Notes under the pieces: model-generated | Database searches by the model: none | What the model was told of the DNA's origin: nothing | The model's input: the letters and a program-made list of their open reading frames with translations, nothing else | Program-made: the position numbers and the translations under genes | Shown here: piece after piece, positions 63,066 through 64,000 of the stretch | Layout of the letters: every line of letters starts with the position of its first letter | Numbering within the stretch: the first letter of the stretch is position 1 | NCBI RefSeq assembly: GCF_006345805.1 | Contig: NW_021832127.1 | Span: 177,891-241,890, forward strand | Direction: 5' to 3' | Source: Octopus sinensis | Taxonomy: Eukaryota | DNA length: 64,000 nt

Positions 63066-64000
63066 TGTCACCGTCCAGATAGGTCGGGGCGCCAGATCGG
63101 TTATGTATAAAATTTTTAATAAAACTACCTTTCGGAAGTTATTTTCTTTTTCTGTTCATTCTTTTGTTGATTTTAATATTATTTTTGCCAAAATATTGAA
63201 GTTACTGAGTTCATAAAAAACAACATCCAGTCATTTCCGGATAATTACCGTATTGATTTTGCATTTTATTTAAAAACGCTTTAACCAAGGTTAGCCAAAC
63301 AATTCTCAACAATAAAGTTTATTAAAAATCCATTTTTAATTTTAAAAATGTTGTAAATTTCTATTTTTATCATTAAAACTCTAAAATACAATCCGGCCTA
63401 CGGCCGGATGATTCAATGTGAATATTTTTCCCTATGCGGCCTTCGGCCGCGTCGAATTTGTAACAATGGCACAATTATTTCACAATTAAGTAAATATGAC
63501 ACGAGAAAAAACACAGAACGAACCCCATGAATATTTGCAGGTAAAGTTTATTTACTCTGCTAATATGTATCCTTTGATCTTTTTCATCCTCTTCATTAAT
63601 TATCGTTACGAGTTCTCGATCCCTATTTTTCACAATATATTTTTGTGCAGATATCTCGTCGTATAATGGGTATTTTCTATAACCCGGGTTTGCATCCCCA
63701 TCATAGCGTATTAAAATTTCATCGCCACTTTCAACTTCGTCATTGCTATTTTCTTCACGCATGTTTTATAGCATCCAAAATTTCCATTTGATGCACTCGT
63801 GGAGCCTAATTTAAATAAACAAATATACTACTTCAATGAATTTTAACTTAAGTTCAGTGTCTTCGATACAAAAAAACGCAACTTTGAGCCATTTTTAGAA
63901 ATGTAGGTGTTGTTCTCCTTGAAACTAAATTTTTTGGCATATCTCCGTATTCTTGCCCTTTCTTCCGAACTCAAGGAATCATAAAGGTGGCCTGATTCCA
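63066..64000 (-). mobile_element. internally deleted rve/Ginger-like element running off the window
   Basis: N-terminal piece at 63870-64000 joined to C-terminal VESGDEILIRYDGDANP..RIHISRV; TGTCACCGT terminus at 63066, as at 410. Confidence 0.6.

Noticed and set aside
63347-63466. Small GC-hairpin MITE (tgttg...tgtaaca)
   Set aside because: The ends match only loosely and no TSD is present.
1-64000. Prokaryotic origin, rRNA or tRNA genes, and a firm species assignment
   Set aside because: Spliceosomal introns and eukaryotic TE families indicate a eukaryote. No rRNA or tRNA signatures were seen, and the sequence alone does not identify the taxon.

Overview
Very AT-rich eukaryotic DNA, gene-poor and dense in transposons. 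I found no rRNA, tRNA or CRISPR. One host gene looks intact: a signal-peptide, single Receptor-L-domain protein (15593..14696, minus) with three 27-29 nt GT-AG introns. Host pseudogenes are a partial copy of that gene, a decayed Ser/Thr kinase and a proteasome beta-type gene split by an 8-kb four-level TE nest (hAT > hAT MITE > two head-to-tail Helitrons > CRE-like retroposon). The rest is hAT (Buster/SPIN-like), Ginger-like rve-integrase, Tc1/IS630, pogo, Helitron, CRE-like and R4-like RLE retroposons, APE-RT LINEs and minisatellites. Main finding: many apparent frameshifts or stops in four DNA-transposon genes are host-sized 24-29 nt introns (nine found). Removing them restores conserved motifs, and mostly the frame, so some 'dead' elements may be intact spliced genes. 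Other highlights are a 22-bp-TIR/5-bp-TSD element enclosing a LINE, an in-frame internally deleted Buster, and a 3.6-kb unidentified decayed coding block. Family calls rest on motifs recognised by eye, with no database search. Several 1-nt homopolymer frameshifts could be sequencing errors. The host taxon cannot be determined; a genome-reduced parasite with tiny introns is only an inference.
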